Of a DNA stretch of 64,000 nt, positions 49,522 through 59,214 are shown piece after piece. Position numbers and translations under genes: made by a program. The stretch covers positions 160,001 to 224,000 of the forward strand of contig CAXXOU010000001.1 in NCBI GenBank assembly GCA_963677495.2, written 5' to 3'. The notes under the pieces are model-generated. The model made no database searches, was not told the DNA's origin, and was given only the letters and a program-made list of their open reading frames with translations. The first letter of the stretch is position 1. Every line of letters starts with the position of its first letter. This DNA is from Candidatus Cloacimonadales bacterium. Lineage in GTDB: Bacteria; Cloacimonadota; Cloacimonadia; Cloacimonadales; JAFGVF01.

Positions 49522-50126
49522 TTCTTCTCTGCACTTTGAGGTTTTGCATTTGCATTGTTTCTTGGAGTTTGCTTAGAGTTCTGCTGAGCTGGATAACTCT
49601 GTATAGATTTAAACTCCTTATCCATTAACTGCTCTGCTTTTCTATTAAGCAACGGATCATTTTCTATCTGATGCACAAAGGTATTTAGTTCTGCTTTCAT
49701 CTTCATCAAAAACTGCCTTTTTTGCTCTTTTAATGCAACAAACTGATGTTCATATACATTAAGATACTGTCTCGCTTGCTGTATAGCATTTTGGGCTTTT
49801 ATTTGCGCTTCTTTGATGATAAGCTCAGCTTCTTTTCTAGCGTTATCTACAATCTCAGCTTTTGTCTTTTCAGCTAAGACAAGTGTACGTGTAATCAACT
49901 GTTCTCTTTTCTTTAAATCGCTAACAGTTGCAGTTGCATTATTTACTTCATGCTTTGTTAATTTATGCTGAAGGGCAACTTCATCACTTTTCTTATTCCA
50001 ATCAGTAATTTGATCTCTAATATCATGGGCAATCTCTTCTAGATATGCTCTTACCTCATCCTTATTGTATCCGGCAATCGACGTTTTAAATTCTTTGTAC
50101 TTAATATCTTCCGGTTTTAATGCCAT
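49518..50126 (-). CDS. DivIVA domain protein
   Basis: LKPEDIKYKEFKTSIAGYNKDEVRAYL N-terminus followed by coiled coil. Confidence 0.85.
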   Translation of the reverse strand: MALKPEDIKYKEFKTSIAGYNKDEVRAYLEEIAHDIRDQITDWNKKSDEVALQHKLTKHEVNNATATVSDLKKREQLITRTLVLAEKTKAEIVDNARKEAELIIKEAQIKAQNAIQQARQYLNVYEHQFVALKEQKRQFLMKMKAELNTFVHQIENDPLLNRKAEQLMDKEFKSIQSYPAQQNSKQTPRNNANAKPQSAEKK

Positions 50127-50136
50127 AATTCCCCCA

Positions 50137-50385
50137 TTAGAAGTAAAGTTGTCTGAATAATAATCTCTGAATAATACTAATTAGAAATAATGCAACGATT
50201 GGAGACAAATCAAATGTCCCTGTTCTCGGTAGCATCTGTCTGATTGGTTTCAATACAGGTTCGGTAGCTTTTATTAATAGCTGATAAAACTGATTATAAG
50301 GGTCATTCATTATCCAAGAGAATACTACACGAAGTAGTATTAACAGTTGGTAAATCTTTAATGCAAAGCTTAATAGTTCTATCAT
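50137..50385 (-). CDS. YggT family membrane protein
   Basis: LRVVFSW...TEPVLKPIR..LP..GTFDLSPIV; start moved to ATG 50385 (GAGG RBS, avoids overlap with tdk). Confidence 0.88.
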   Translation of the reverse strand: MIELLSFALKIYQLLILLRVVFSWIMNDPYNQFYQLLIKATEPVLKPIRQMLPRTGTFDLSPIVALFLISIIQRLLFRQLYF

Positions 50386-50392
50386 TAGTTCC

Positions 50393-50953
50393 TCAATCAA
50401 TAATCTCATGACAGTTGCGACATCTAGCTTCATAAAGTTCATCTGCCCCTACCAGAATCGTATAATGATCCTTAGTAAGTCTCTGAGTTCTGTTAGCTGG
50501 ATTACCACACTTCATGCAAATCGCAAGATTCTTGGTAATGTATTCAGCAATGGCCAAAAGCTGTGGCATAGGACCGAAAGGTTTGCCCATGTAGTCCTGG
50601 TCTAGACCGGCAACTATAACACGATACCCTTTATCTGCCAGATCATTGGCAACTTCAACTATAGAATCTGCAAAGAACTGAGCTTCATCAATTGCTATGA
50701 TCTCAGGTTCAGTATCAAGGTGTTGATAAATCTCTTCCGGAACTTCAATATTTATGCTGGGAGCAGACATCCTTGAATGCGAAACTATCTGATTATCAGA
50801 ATACCTATTATCTATTACTGGTTTGAAAACGAGAACCTTCTGTTTCGCATATTCAGCTCTTCTTATTCTACGGATAAGCTCTTCAGTTTTTCCTGAAAAC
50901 ATACTACCGCAAATCACTTCTATCCAACCCGTCTTCTGTGTAATAATGTTCAT
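50393..50953 (-). CDS. tdk: Thymidine kinase
   Basis: [26 protein letters not shown]...YEARCRNC. Confidence 0.96.
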   Translation of the reverse strand: MNIITQKTGWIEVICGSMFSGKTEELIRRIRRAEYAKQKVLVFKPVIDNRYSDNQIVSHSRMSAPSINIEVPEEIYQHLDTEPEIIAIDEAQFFADSIVEVANDLADKGYRVIVAGLDQDYMGKPFGPMPQLLAIAEYITKNLAICMKCGNPANRTQRLTKDHYTILVGADELYEARCRNCHEIID

Positions 50954-51329
50954 TAATTATATATCCTTAATCTACTTAAACCGCTATTTTCCTGCTTAAG
51001 CACAACACTTCTTTATAACTAATCATACTAACTAAAGCATCATTATTTTTGACAAGCACTTTTTCATTTTTTTTTGGAACACCTAATCATCATATTTCCC
51101 TTTTTTATAATTCATATACTTTATTGACTGAACGCGAAATTGCACCGAAACGAAGTATGGGTCGAGAGCTAACATGCTTTCAGGTTCAACAATTTGGACC
51201 TAAGCTGTCTTTCAGGTTCAGGTTTGTTAAATATCACTTCTCCCTTAGTCTCATACGTGTTTATCAGATCCGCATCCTCTTTTGCGATATTGCAAACTTT
51301 CAGTAGACTATCTATCAAAGCGCAGTCAT

Positions 51330-51423
51330 CCCACTGTTTTCCCACTGTGCACGCACTGTGCACCCAGTGAAACAGTGGGTTCGCAGTGCCTTCACAGTGC
51401 GTGCACAGTGCAAACACAGTGCG
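51330..51423. repeat. Foldback of 11-bp repeats (element E)
   Basis: CACTG at 51332/51343/51354; CAGTG at 51373/51384/51395/51406/51417. Confidence 0.75.
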
Positions 51424-51655
51424 TTGGTGGATAGAGCAGTAAAAGAGAGTAAAAAGGGCAATAAATATAGCTAAGTTATTGCAATAGGCACTGTGTGTGT
51501 CAATTTCGGACTTGCGTTGCAGCGATAGCGTGACGCGAGAACGAAATCAGGAACATGCGACTTCGGAGTGCATTTTAAGAAGTACGTTTTCCTTTCAGTC
51601 TGACAAACTCCCTGAAATGCAGTAAGTCATTGCTAAAGACACTGTCTGGAAATGC

Positions 51656-51684
51656 AAAAGAGCCCGACCTGATGGTAGGGCTCA
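51656..51684 (-). terminator. Intrinsic terminator of 51705..53984
   Basis: Minus strand GAGCCCTACC-ATCA-GGTCGGGCTC TTTT. Confidence 0.7.
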
Positions 51685-51704
51685 AATGTATCTAAATGAT
51701 TAGA

Positions 51705-53984
51705 TTATTTAACCATTATCATTTTTTGAGTTTCAGTTCTGTTTCCACTTGTCATTTTGTAGAAATAGATACCGCTAGTAGTCTGCTGACCATTGTTGTC
51801 TTCACCATTCCATACAATTGAATGTTCGCCGGCAGCTTTATGCTCGTTAACAAGAGTTTTAACAAGCTGGCCTTTAACATTGTATACGCTAACGTTAACG
51901 TTGCCATTAACAGGAGCATTGTATTTGATAGTTGTAGTTGGGTTGAATGGGTTAGGATAGTTACCCTGAAGCATAGCTTTTGAAGGAGCAACTTCAACAA
52001 CTTCGTTGTCAGTAGGGTTAACAGTAAAGTCAATAGCAGAAAGGACTAATTTACCAGGACCTGCTTGACCTTCAGCTTGAGTTGAACAACCCCAAACATC
52101 ATCATCATGGAAATAGAAGAATAAACGGTAAGTTTCGTTATTCTGATCATCTTCACCGAGGAAGAGAAGTTCTTCTGCTGGGTAAGCAAACATTGGAGTC
52201 ATACCATCCCAATCTGAGATATAAGCATGCTCAACACCAAAGCCCATGTCATTACCTGATTCATCTAACCAGAAATCGTCTTCAACTGAAACACCACTGA
52301 AAGCGATTGGTTGCTGCCATGTGCTACCATTATCAAGAGATAATGAGATATAGATTTCGTTAGAGTTTTCATAAGGCTGCCAGTATGATAAGTTATCAAC
52401 GTGGAAGTCATTTGCAGGAGTTGAATCATGCCATACCATAGCCATAACACCATTTTCATTAGCATTAGTAATCTTAGTATGTGCAAGATGGAAGAACATA
52501 GCATCATCATGTGAATCATGCTGATAGTGAGGGAAAGGCCAGATTGAATCTAAGCGGATGTTTCCATAACCTTCAACATCTGGAGTAACACCATCATCGA
52601 TACCATCATTAGCTCCGTCATCCCAATACTGGTCAACGTTACCATCATTATCCATATCCCAATGTACAAAGTGTCCGTCACCATTGCTCTTAGGGAATAC
52701 ATCAATAAGTTCCATTGTATTGTTAGCTACATCATAAACGATATCTTTAACAATGTGTAAACCATAGAAGTATGAACCTTCAGGAGTAACAAGACAGTAA
52801 GTAGCAGGCATATGAAGTTTGCCTTCTTCGTCCCAACCTAAAGTGAAGTGACCATTGTTTGTGATTGTGAATTCAAGACCATCATAAGGCGCATCACCAT
52901 TTTCAGTATCAACAAAGTAGTATGAACCATCAGCATTCTGAGGATTAGCAACCGGATAAGAAACGTCAAATGCATTCCAAGTCCAATCAGATGTTGGATT
53001 ACAATAATCATCATGAATGAAAACATCATAAGTCATCTCATCATCAGCTGTATCACCAATATGGTAACCCATATAGATAACTTTACCGGCATTAACACCT
53101 TTACCAACGATGAAACTGAACATAGGACGACGCCATTCGTTAGTATCGATATTCCAAGCATCCATTGTAGGGATAGATGTATAGTTCCAAGTCAATTCAA
53201 GACCGAAATCAACATCATCTTGAGTATAATCAGCATAAGCGATATAAGGGTTCTCAACTGGTGAAGGTTCACCTGTTGTTTCACTAATAACTGAATGAGA
53301 AACTGAGTTTCTACCTAAGATGTAGATACGTTGGTATGTGTCACCAAGTGGTGAAGGACCAACTTGAGTTGAAGGCCAGATGTACTGGTTATCATCAAAA
53401 CCGTTTAATGTAACAGGATTAAGAACAGCATTATATGCATCAGAAGGGATTCCAGGAATACCCGCAAAGTACGGATCCCAACCCATCTTGATATCATATA
53501 CGTCGTCACCATCTGGATCAACGTGCCATGCCATCATCATTTTACCCCAATCATCGACATCCATACTTGAATATCCTTCCCAGGTATCAACAGTTGTGAA
53601 TAAGCCATTATGAGCAACACTACCAGTTCCATCTACGTATGAGTAATAAACACGTCTGTTACCAGAAGCAGAAGGTTTACCCATATAAGTGATGAACATG
53701 CCATCGCCATATGCTCCACCCGGTTGCATTCTGATAGGTGTGTTTGAATATGCACCAGGCATATAATCATAGTAGTTAGGATCAAGTAAATTTTGCTGAG
53801 CATAGTTGTTTGCCCAGTTTACAGTTCTTTCTGTTCTTGATGTTGTGCCAATAGTACTAGCATTACGGCCAGCAATTGAACCATCAAGTCCAATCATCTT
53901 CTGCGTTCTAGCAGGAGTTTGTACTTCTGCAAATAATGCAAAAGCCAATGTTATTAACATAAGTATGGTCAGGGTCTTCTTCAT
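51705..53984 (-). CDS. Secreted acidic protein (possible beta-propeller) with FlgD-like CTD
   Basis: Signal peptide; Asp-box-like SLDNGSTW; NYPNPFNPTT...SGIYFYKM tail. Confidence 0.7.
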   Translation of the reverse strand: MKKTLTILMLITLAFALFAEVQTPARTQKMIGLDGSIAGRNASTIGTTSRTERTVNWANNYAQQNLLDPNYYDYMPGAYSNTPIRMQPGGAYGDGMFITYMGKPSASGNRRVYYSYVDGTGSVAHNGLFTTVDTWEGYSSMDVDDWGKMMMAWHVDPDGDDVYDIKMGWDPYFAGIPGIPSDAYNAVLNPVTLNGFDDNQYIWPSTQVGPSPLGDTYQRIYILGRNSVSHSVISETTGEPSPVENPYIAYADYTQDDVDFGLELTWNYTSIPTMDAWNIDTNEWRRPMFSFIVGKGVNAGKVIYMGYHIGDTADDEMTYDVFIHDDYCNPTSDWTWNAFDVSYPVANPQNADGSYYFVDTENGDAPYDGLEFTITNNGHFTLGWDEEGKLHMPATYCLVTPEGSYFYGLHIVKDIVYDVANNTMELIDVFPKSNGDGHFVHWDMDNDGNVDQYWDDGANDGIDDGVTPDVEGYGNIRLDSIWPFPHYQHDSHDDAMFFHLAHTKITNANENGVMAMVWHDSTPANDFHVDNLSYWQPYENSNEIYISLSLDNGSTWQQPIAFSGVSVEDDFWLDESGNDMGFGVEHAYISDWDGMTPMFAYPAEELLFLGEDDQNNETYRLFFYFHDDDVWGCSTQAEGQAGPGKLVLSAIDFTVNPTDNEVVEVAPSKAMLQGNYPNPFNPTTTIKYNAPVNGNVNVSVYNVKGQLVKTLVNEHKAAGEHSIVWNGEDNNGQQTTSGIYFYKMTSGNRTETQKMIMVK

Positions 53985-54014
53985 AATTCCTCCATATATT
54001 ACTTATTACTTATT

Positions 54015-55046
54015 TTAGAATTTCATTTTAAGTGAGACTCTATGAGCTCCGTGTACGAAATCTTCTGTTAGATATCCCATATCAGTGTAAGCATAGTCAA
54101 CATGATAAACAGCTAAGTCTGTAGGCAACATAACACCGAAACCTGCAGTGAAACCGTTTGTATCATAATTGAACTGGTAACCACCTCTTAAGAATAAGAC
54201 TGAAATCTTATACTCAAGACCGGCATTCCAAGTTTCACTTCTATCAACAACGTTATCAAGCTGAGCTGAAGCTAAAAGATATGAGTTATCGTTTTTGAAG
54301 AGGTCCATACTTGCTCCAAGTGAGAAGTTAAGAGGAATCTTGTATCCAAGTTCTTCTTTATCTTCATCGATAAGACCGTCATTGTCATTATCAAGCAAGT
54401 CAAAAGGATCCTCATCTTCACTACCATCGCCATCATTATCAACAGTGAATTTTACATCAGGACCAAAGTTTCTGAGTGTCATACCAATCTTAAGATTGTT
54501 CCAGTTAGTATTATAGATTGAGCCAATATCAACAGCATAGCTATTAACACTAATATCTTCATAAAGGTCTTCTCTTAAATACTTAACAGTAACACCAAAG
54601 TTGAACTGGCTAGTCCAAGCTACTGCATATGTTAAACCAACTGAAAGATCGGAAGATCTGAAAGTACGGCCAGTAGGACCAAACTCTTCTTCAGTAGTTT
54701 CATCCATTTCAGACATATGCAAGAATGAACCTGATATAGCAAATGTGCTTATACCACTGTTGTATGATGCTGCAACAAATTCATGATAAATGTCTGCAGG
54801 CCAGTTTGTGTGTGAGTAAAAAGCCTGAGAGCTGGTAGTCATACCAAGTCCTGCAGGATTCCAGAAAACTGAAGAGATATCATCAGTGACAGGAACATAC
54901 GCTTCACCCATACCAATAGCACGAGCATCAACACCAAGTTTCAAAAACTGAAGTGATGCTGTACCAACTTTAGGAAAGATTTCAGCATTAAGAAATACCG
55001 GAACAAAAAGTAAGATTACGATTAAGGTAGTAACTATTCTTTTCAT
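54015..55046 (-). CDS. PorV/PorQ family outer-membrane barrel, paralog 3 (acidic loop insertion)
   Basis: KVGTASLQFLKLGVDARAIGMGEAY...SVFWNPAGL; VDYAY...HRVSLKMKF. Confidence 0.85.
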   Translation of the reverse strand: MKRIVTTLIVILLFVPVFLNAEIFPKVGTASLQFLKLGVDARAIGMGEAYVPVTDDISSVFWNPAGLGMTTSSQAFYSHTNWPADIYHEFVAASYNSGISTFAISGSFLHMSEMDETTEEEFGPTGRTFRSSDLSVGLTYAVAWTSQFNFGVTVKYLREDLYEDISVNSYAVDIGSIYNTNWNNLKIGMTLRNFGPDVKFTVDNDGDGSEDEDPFDLLDNDNDGLIDEDKEELGYKIPLNFSLGASMDLFKNDNSYLLASAQLDNVVDRSETWNAGLEYKISVLFLRGGYQFNYDTNGFTAGFGVMLPTDLAVYHVDYAYTDMGYLTEDFVHGAHRVSLKMKF

Positions 55047-55054
55047 CTTTCCTC

Positions 55055-58000
55055 CTATTTAATTATCACGAATTTGCCGACTTTGATATCACCACTTTCT
55101 TTATCTTCTACAGAGAAAAGATAAACTCCACTAGCAATAATCTGGTCATAACGGGATAGGATATCCCATTCGTGCATACCATCTGCAGTAATACCTTGGG
55201 TAGCAGCTTTACTAATAGTAATAATGTCAGCACCATGTGCACCATTATGCTTAATAGTATCTACCAAGTCACCTGCAAGGGTATAAATTCTAATTGTACA
55301 TTTTTTTGGTAAGTTAACGAACCAAAGGCGCTTACTCTTATCACCTTTATCGTCACTCTCTCTTCTACCATCAAACTTAGATGAGCCAAGATATGGGTTT
55401 GGCACAACATAGATGTCATCCATATCCGCTTTAGCTGTGTTTCCAGGGAAAAGAACTTTCATATTAGCATCTGCATCTCTACCAGACTCAAGGTAATCAA
55501 GGTCATTACTTGGGATACCTCTATCAAAGGCTGTTACAGCTGTATAATATTCGATTCCACGTGGAGGGCTAACAATCTGCTGATGATAAAATCTTCTTGA
55601 TAATCTATCCATCATAAGAAGTTCTAATGTTGCGTCAGTAGCACTAGCAAAGATGTTAGGGTTACTTGTTTGTCCGCCATGACCTTCTAATGGAATTAAA
55701 GCATCATCATAAAGCTCATTGTAAACTTCTACAGGGACATTCTCATTCTTAAATAAGAGTGCCTGTGCATTTCTAGCTTCAGCAGTTAACAAACTTGTAC
55801 TGCTGCCAAGATCTTGAGCGATTTGGTCTGCAGTAGCTTGTAAATCTTCTGTCCAGAAAACATCTGGAGCATATAAAGGACTACCGTAAATTACATCATC
55901 AACTTGAACTGGAACAAAACGATAGTATTCATTTAATCTGTAATAACCAAGATCTGTGTCATCAGCAACCTTCTTTTCAGGTAAACCTAAATCATTACCA
56001 CGATAACCGCCGTAGTAGATTGAATCACCTTGGTCTTGGTTAACAACATAGTCAGCCAAATCAACTTCAGTCTCAATTTTATCCCAACGGTTAATCATTT
56101 CCCAGTCTTCCTGAGAACCGCTACCTGAACGACCCCATAATGTGTAACCTTGGAAATCATGTCTAAGTCTATTACCTGTGAAAGGATTAACTTTAGCAGC
56201 AACATTCATGTTGTTCTCTGTCAAACCAAATTCAGCAGGGAATGAACTATCATGATTACCTTGGAAACTATCCCATTGTGGGTTATTGGACTGCCAACCG
56301 ATAAGAGCAGTACTTACTGTTTTTGTATCAACAGTATACTCAGATCTATTATCCCAATAGATGTCAATTATCTTACCATCGTCAACGATGTCAGCATACA
56401 TTTTAGGAATTGTTGGTGGCTCTGGTGGATTATAATGTGGGAAGGTATCAGGTAAGACAACAGTAGTCAAATCCTGTGCTTGACCATAGATATCTTTTGC
56501 CCAACGAGCTGAACGCTTAAGGTCAGGTAAATTATCTCCAGGGAATACAGCAACAACAATTTTCATTGTCTTTGATGGCGCAAGATTCCAACGTTTAGTC
56601 TCATCATTATAATCAGATGAACCCGGTTGAGCACCATAGAATGCAAACAAGAAACGAGTATCAGCTGCATTTGGTTGTTCAAACTCAGTTATTGTAGGAT
56701 CATCATTTTTTCTTAAGTCAAGAATGTCTGGGTTAGATGCAGGCTTTTTACCTGTAAGAAGATAATACTTTTCATTATAAGTTTCAGCACTACCTATCTG
56801 CAATGGATCAGTGTCATCCGGACCTTCACCAACAGCCCAATACCAACATGAGAACTCAAGAGTATCAGGGTCAGGAGTACATACACGAGCACCAACTAAA
56901 CCATCAACAAGACCATCATCACCATCATCATCTCTAGTATAAGCAAACTCATATCCACGACCTTTTACATAACCGGAAAGGTCATCTTGAGCTTTTTCAG
57001 AGCCATAACTCTGAGGACCAACGTCTGAGTCCATATAGATGCCCATTGCACAATCGTACAATGTGTCCTGACCCATATTGGTAACGTCAAATTCAACATA
57101 TACTAGGTTTTTAATATATTCATAACTCCACTGATATGACATCTGTCTTACTCTAATATTCAATGGTACGTGGTTATTACCACCCTTTGAACCACCCCAG
57201 TCTCTGTTAACTGAAGTACCGAAAGGACTATAGTCATAATAATATGAAATGAAATCCTGTTCTGAAACAGGGGCACCATCTTCATCAATGTAGTTATCGT
57301 TATCATCATTTACAGGACCGGCAAAATTGTAATCAAGATCACCGTAAGCAAAATCTTCACCTGAGTCACTAAGATCCATAAATCCGAGTGGGAACCAGAT
57401 TTCAAAGTTTCTACCTTCTGTAATTTTACCAATGTCTTCAGCTGTAAGACTAGCAAGATAATCCTCACTCATATTAGAGAATACAGAAGGCAATTCTGAG
57501 TCATCTCTAAACTTGAAAGTGTATCCTGGGAAATCTTCATCTACAAGTCCATCACCATCATCATCAACTCCACGACGGTTTCTTCTGATTGAAGAAGTAA
57601 TAATCTCATCTGATGGATTGTTACCTTCAAAATATGGAGCAACTTCATCAGATGAAGATTCTAATGGATTATAAGCAGGTAAGAATTCATAAAGGTCTGC
57701 ATCACCATCAAAACCAACTGAGACAAGTGTGTCGATTACAGCGTGTAAGCCTGGATTCCAATCCGGACTATCCTCTGTAACTGTATCATTATTTTCAGGT
57801 GTTGGTGGGAAAGTCTTCCAATAAAGCTTTTCACCAGCCTGATCTCTTCTTTGCTTCTTAGCACCAAACCATAAAGCACCTTGATAAAGGTAGTCAGCAC
57901 CACTACCACCTGGATATTCAAGTGACGGATACTGTGGTTGAATATCATCACCGGAGCCAAAGAAACCGTAGTTACTTACTCTCAGCCAAATATTACCAAC

Positions 58001-58126
58001 ATTATGATATTGGGTTAAATCAAATTTCTTTCCTGATGTTGAATTTACAGCCATTCTTGCACCAAGTGCTAAGAGAACTGTAAGAAGTAATAAAACCAGG
58101 AAAACCTTTCTATAGTTATAGTTCAT
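55055..58126 (-). CDS. Large secreted protein with variant FlgD-like CTD
   Basis: HNVGNIWLRVSNYG..EYPGGSG..YLYQGALWFGA N-terminus; DIYVVPNPY...IRIYTLAGDLV...SGVYLFSV...GKFVIIK tail. Confidence 0.7.
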   Translation of the reverse strand: MNYNYRKVFLVLLLLTVLLALGARMAVNSTSGKKFDLTQYHNVGNIWLRVSNYGFFGSGDDIQPQYPSLEYPGGSGADYLYQGALWFGAKKQRRDQAGEKLYWKTFPPTPENNDTVTEDSPDWNPGLHAVIDTLVSVGFDGDADLYEFLPAYNPLESSSDEVAPYFEGNNPSDEIITSSIRRNRRGVDDDGDGLVDEDFPGYTFKFRDDSELPSVFSNMSEDYLASLTAEDIGKITEGRNFEIWFPLGFMDLSDSGEDFAYGDLDYNFAGPVNDDNDNYIDEDGAPVSEQDFISYYYDYSPFGTSVNRDWGGSKGGNNHVPLNIRVRQMSYQWSYEYIKNLVYVEFDVTNMGQDTLYDCAMGIYMDSDVGPQSYGSEKAQDDLSGYVKGRGYEFAYTRDDDGDDGLVDGLVGARVCTPDPDTLEFSCWYWAVGEGPDDTDPLQIGSAETYNEKYYLLTGKKPASNPDILDLRKNDDPTITEFEQPNAADTRFLFAFYGAQPGSSDYNDETKRWNLAPSKTMKIVVAVFPGDNLPDLKRSARWAKDIYGQAQDLTTVVLPDTFPHYNPPEPPTIPKMYADIVDDGKIIDIYWDNRSEYTVDTKTVSTALIGWQSNNPQWDSFQGNHDSSFPAEFGLTENNMNVAAKVNPFTGNRLRHDFQGYTLWGRSGSGSQEDWEMINRWDKIETEVDLADYVVNQDQGDSIYYGGYRGNDLGLPEKKVADDTDLGYYRLNEYYRFVPVQVDDVIYGSPLYAPDVFWTEDLQATADQIAQDLGSSTSLLTAEARNAQALLFKNENVPVEVYNELYDDALIPLEGHGGQTSNPNIFASATDATLELLMMDRLSRRFYHQQIVSPPRGIEYYTAVTAFDRGIPSNDLDYLESGRDADANMKVLFPGNTAKADMDDIYVVPNPYLGSSKFDGRRESDDKGDKSKRLWFVNLPKKCTIRIYTLAGDLVDTIKHNGAHGADIITISKAATQGITADGMHEWDILSRYDQIIASGVYLFSVEDKESGDIKVGKFVIIK

Positions 58127-58144
58127 TAGTTATCCTCCAATAGA

Positions 58145-58798
58145 TCAAAACGCGAATGTTACAGGGAACTGAACCCAACATGCAACTGGTTGTCCACCGC
58201 TTTTAGCAGGCTGGAAAGTCCATTTTTTTACTGCTTTAACAGCAGCTTCATCTAAACCACCCATACCGGGTTGTAGTGACTCAAGTACTTCAACAGCACC
58301 AACTGAGCCATCTTCTAATACTTCAACATCAAGAAGTACATCACCCTGGATACCGGATTTCTTAGCGAAATCTGAATACTCAGGTAATACTGAAGTCAAT
58401 ACCTCTGGTGGATCCTCATAAGCAACGAACTTAGGAGTTTCACCATGCTTGCCTCTTGGGGCTTCAACTATGTCTTGAGGATCCAATGAGGTGCTTTCGA
58501 TAGTATCAATTTCAATTATGTCTTCATTTTCATCACTATCAAGATCAGTATCATCGATAATGATTTCCAGATCAACTTTAGCCTGCTCTGGTGGTTTAAT
58601 CTTTTCCCTGATCTCAGGTGGGATTTCTATTGCTTCAACGTGTTTTACTTCACGTTTTTTTACCTTTATCTCGAACTTAGGTGTGGTCATTACTGCGAAT
58701 AGCATAATGATTATAGAAAGGCTTAAAGCTTTCTCAAAATAGGAGTTTGCAACATCTTTCCAATCCTGGATTCTTTCTGTTTTACTCATCTCACTCAC
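58145..58798 (-). CDS. tonB: Energy transducer TonB
   Basis: N-terminal TM; PEYSDFAKKSGIQGDVLL...LDEAAVKAVKKWTFQPA..GQPV. Confidence 0.88.
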   Translation of the reverse strand: MSEMSKTERIQDWKDVANSYFEKALSLSIIIMLFAVMTTPKFEIKVKKREVKHVEAIEIPPEIREKIKPPEQAKVDLEIIIDDTDLDSDENEDIIEIDTIESTSLDPQDIVEAPRGKHGETPKFVAYEDPPEVLTSVLPEYSDFAKKSGIQGDVLLDVEVLEDGSVGAVEVLESLQPGMGGLDEAAVKAVKKWTFQPAKSGGQPVACWVQFPVTFAF

Positions 58799-59203
58799 CT
58801 ACCTTTTCAACCTTGCTTCAAAGTATACGCGAAGAGCATCAGCTTTTTGTAGCTGCTTTAAAACGTCTGACATCACACCAAAACGTGTGTGCTTATCTGT
58901 TCTAAAACAGAAAAGAGAGTTGTAGTCCAAAGCTAACTTGCTTAACATTATATATTCTATGCTTTCTAATGGAATAAGCAAATCATCAATTGATACATTC
59001 TCATTTTTATCTACATAAATAGTCACAGCATGATTACGTGGAATCTTCTCAATAGCGTATGCTTTTGGAAGTTCAACGTTCAAGCCTTTTTCTTTCACGA
59101 ACACTGTTGAAACCATGAAGAACAGTAACAGAAGGAAGGAGATGTCTGACATTGAAGCTGTCGGTATTGAAACTTTAGCTCTTTTCTTTCTAAGTAAGGC
59201 CAT
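58799..59203 (-). CDS. exbD: ExbD/TolR family protein
   Basis: IPTASMSDISFLLLLFFMV TM with conserved Asp. Confidence 0.88.
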   Translation of the reverse strand: MALLRKKRAKVSIPTASMSDISFLLLLFFMVSTVFVKEKGLNVELPKAYAIEKIPRNHAVTIYVDKNENVSIDDLLIPLESIEYIMLSKLALDYNSLFCFRTDKHTRFGVMSDVLKQLQKADALRVYFEARLKR

Positions 59204-59214
59204 CTTTTCTCCTT

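Noticed and set aside
50386..50442. N-terminal extension of YggT in ORF track
   Set aside because: Overlaps tdk; internal ATG 50385 has an RBS
47799..50953. yggT-divIVA-PNP-dksA-lspA cluster as a novelty
   Set aside because: Ordinary conserved housekeeping neighbourhood
51169..51417. 82-aa Cys-rich ORF
   Set aside because: Cys/His pattern comes from the CACTG/CAGTG repeats; the last ~48 codons look protein-like but could not be assigned, at most a gene remnant
11973..51704. tRNA or rRNA genes in the large intergenic gaps
   Set aside because: No cloverleaf/T-arm GTTCRA context or rRNA signatures seen by eye
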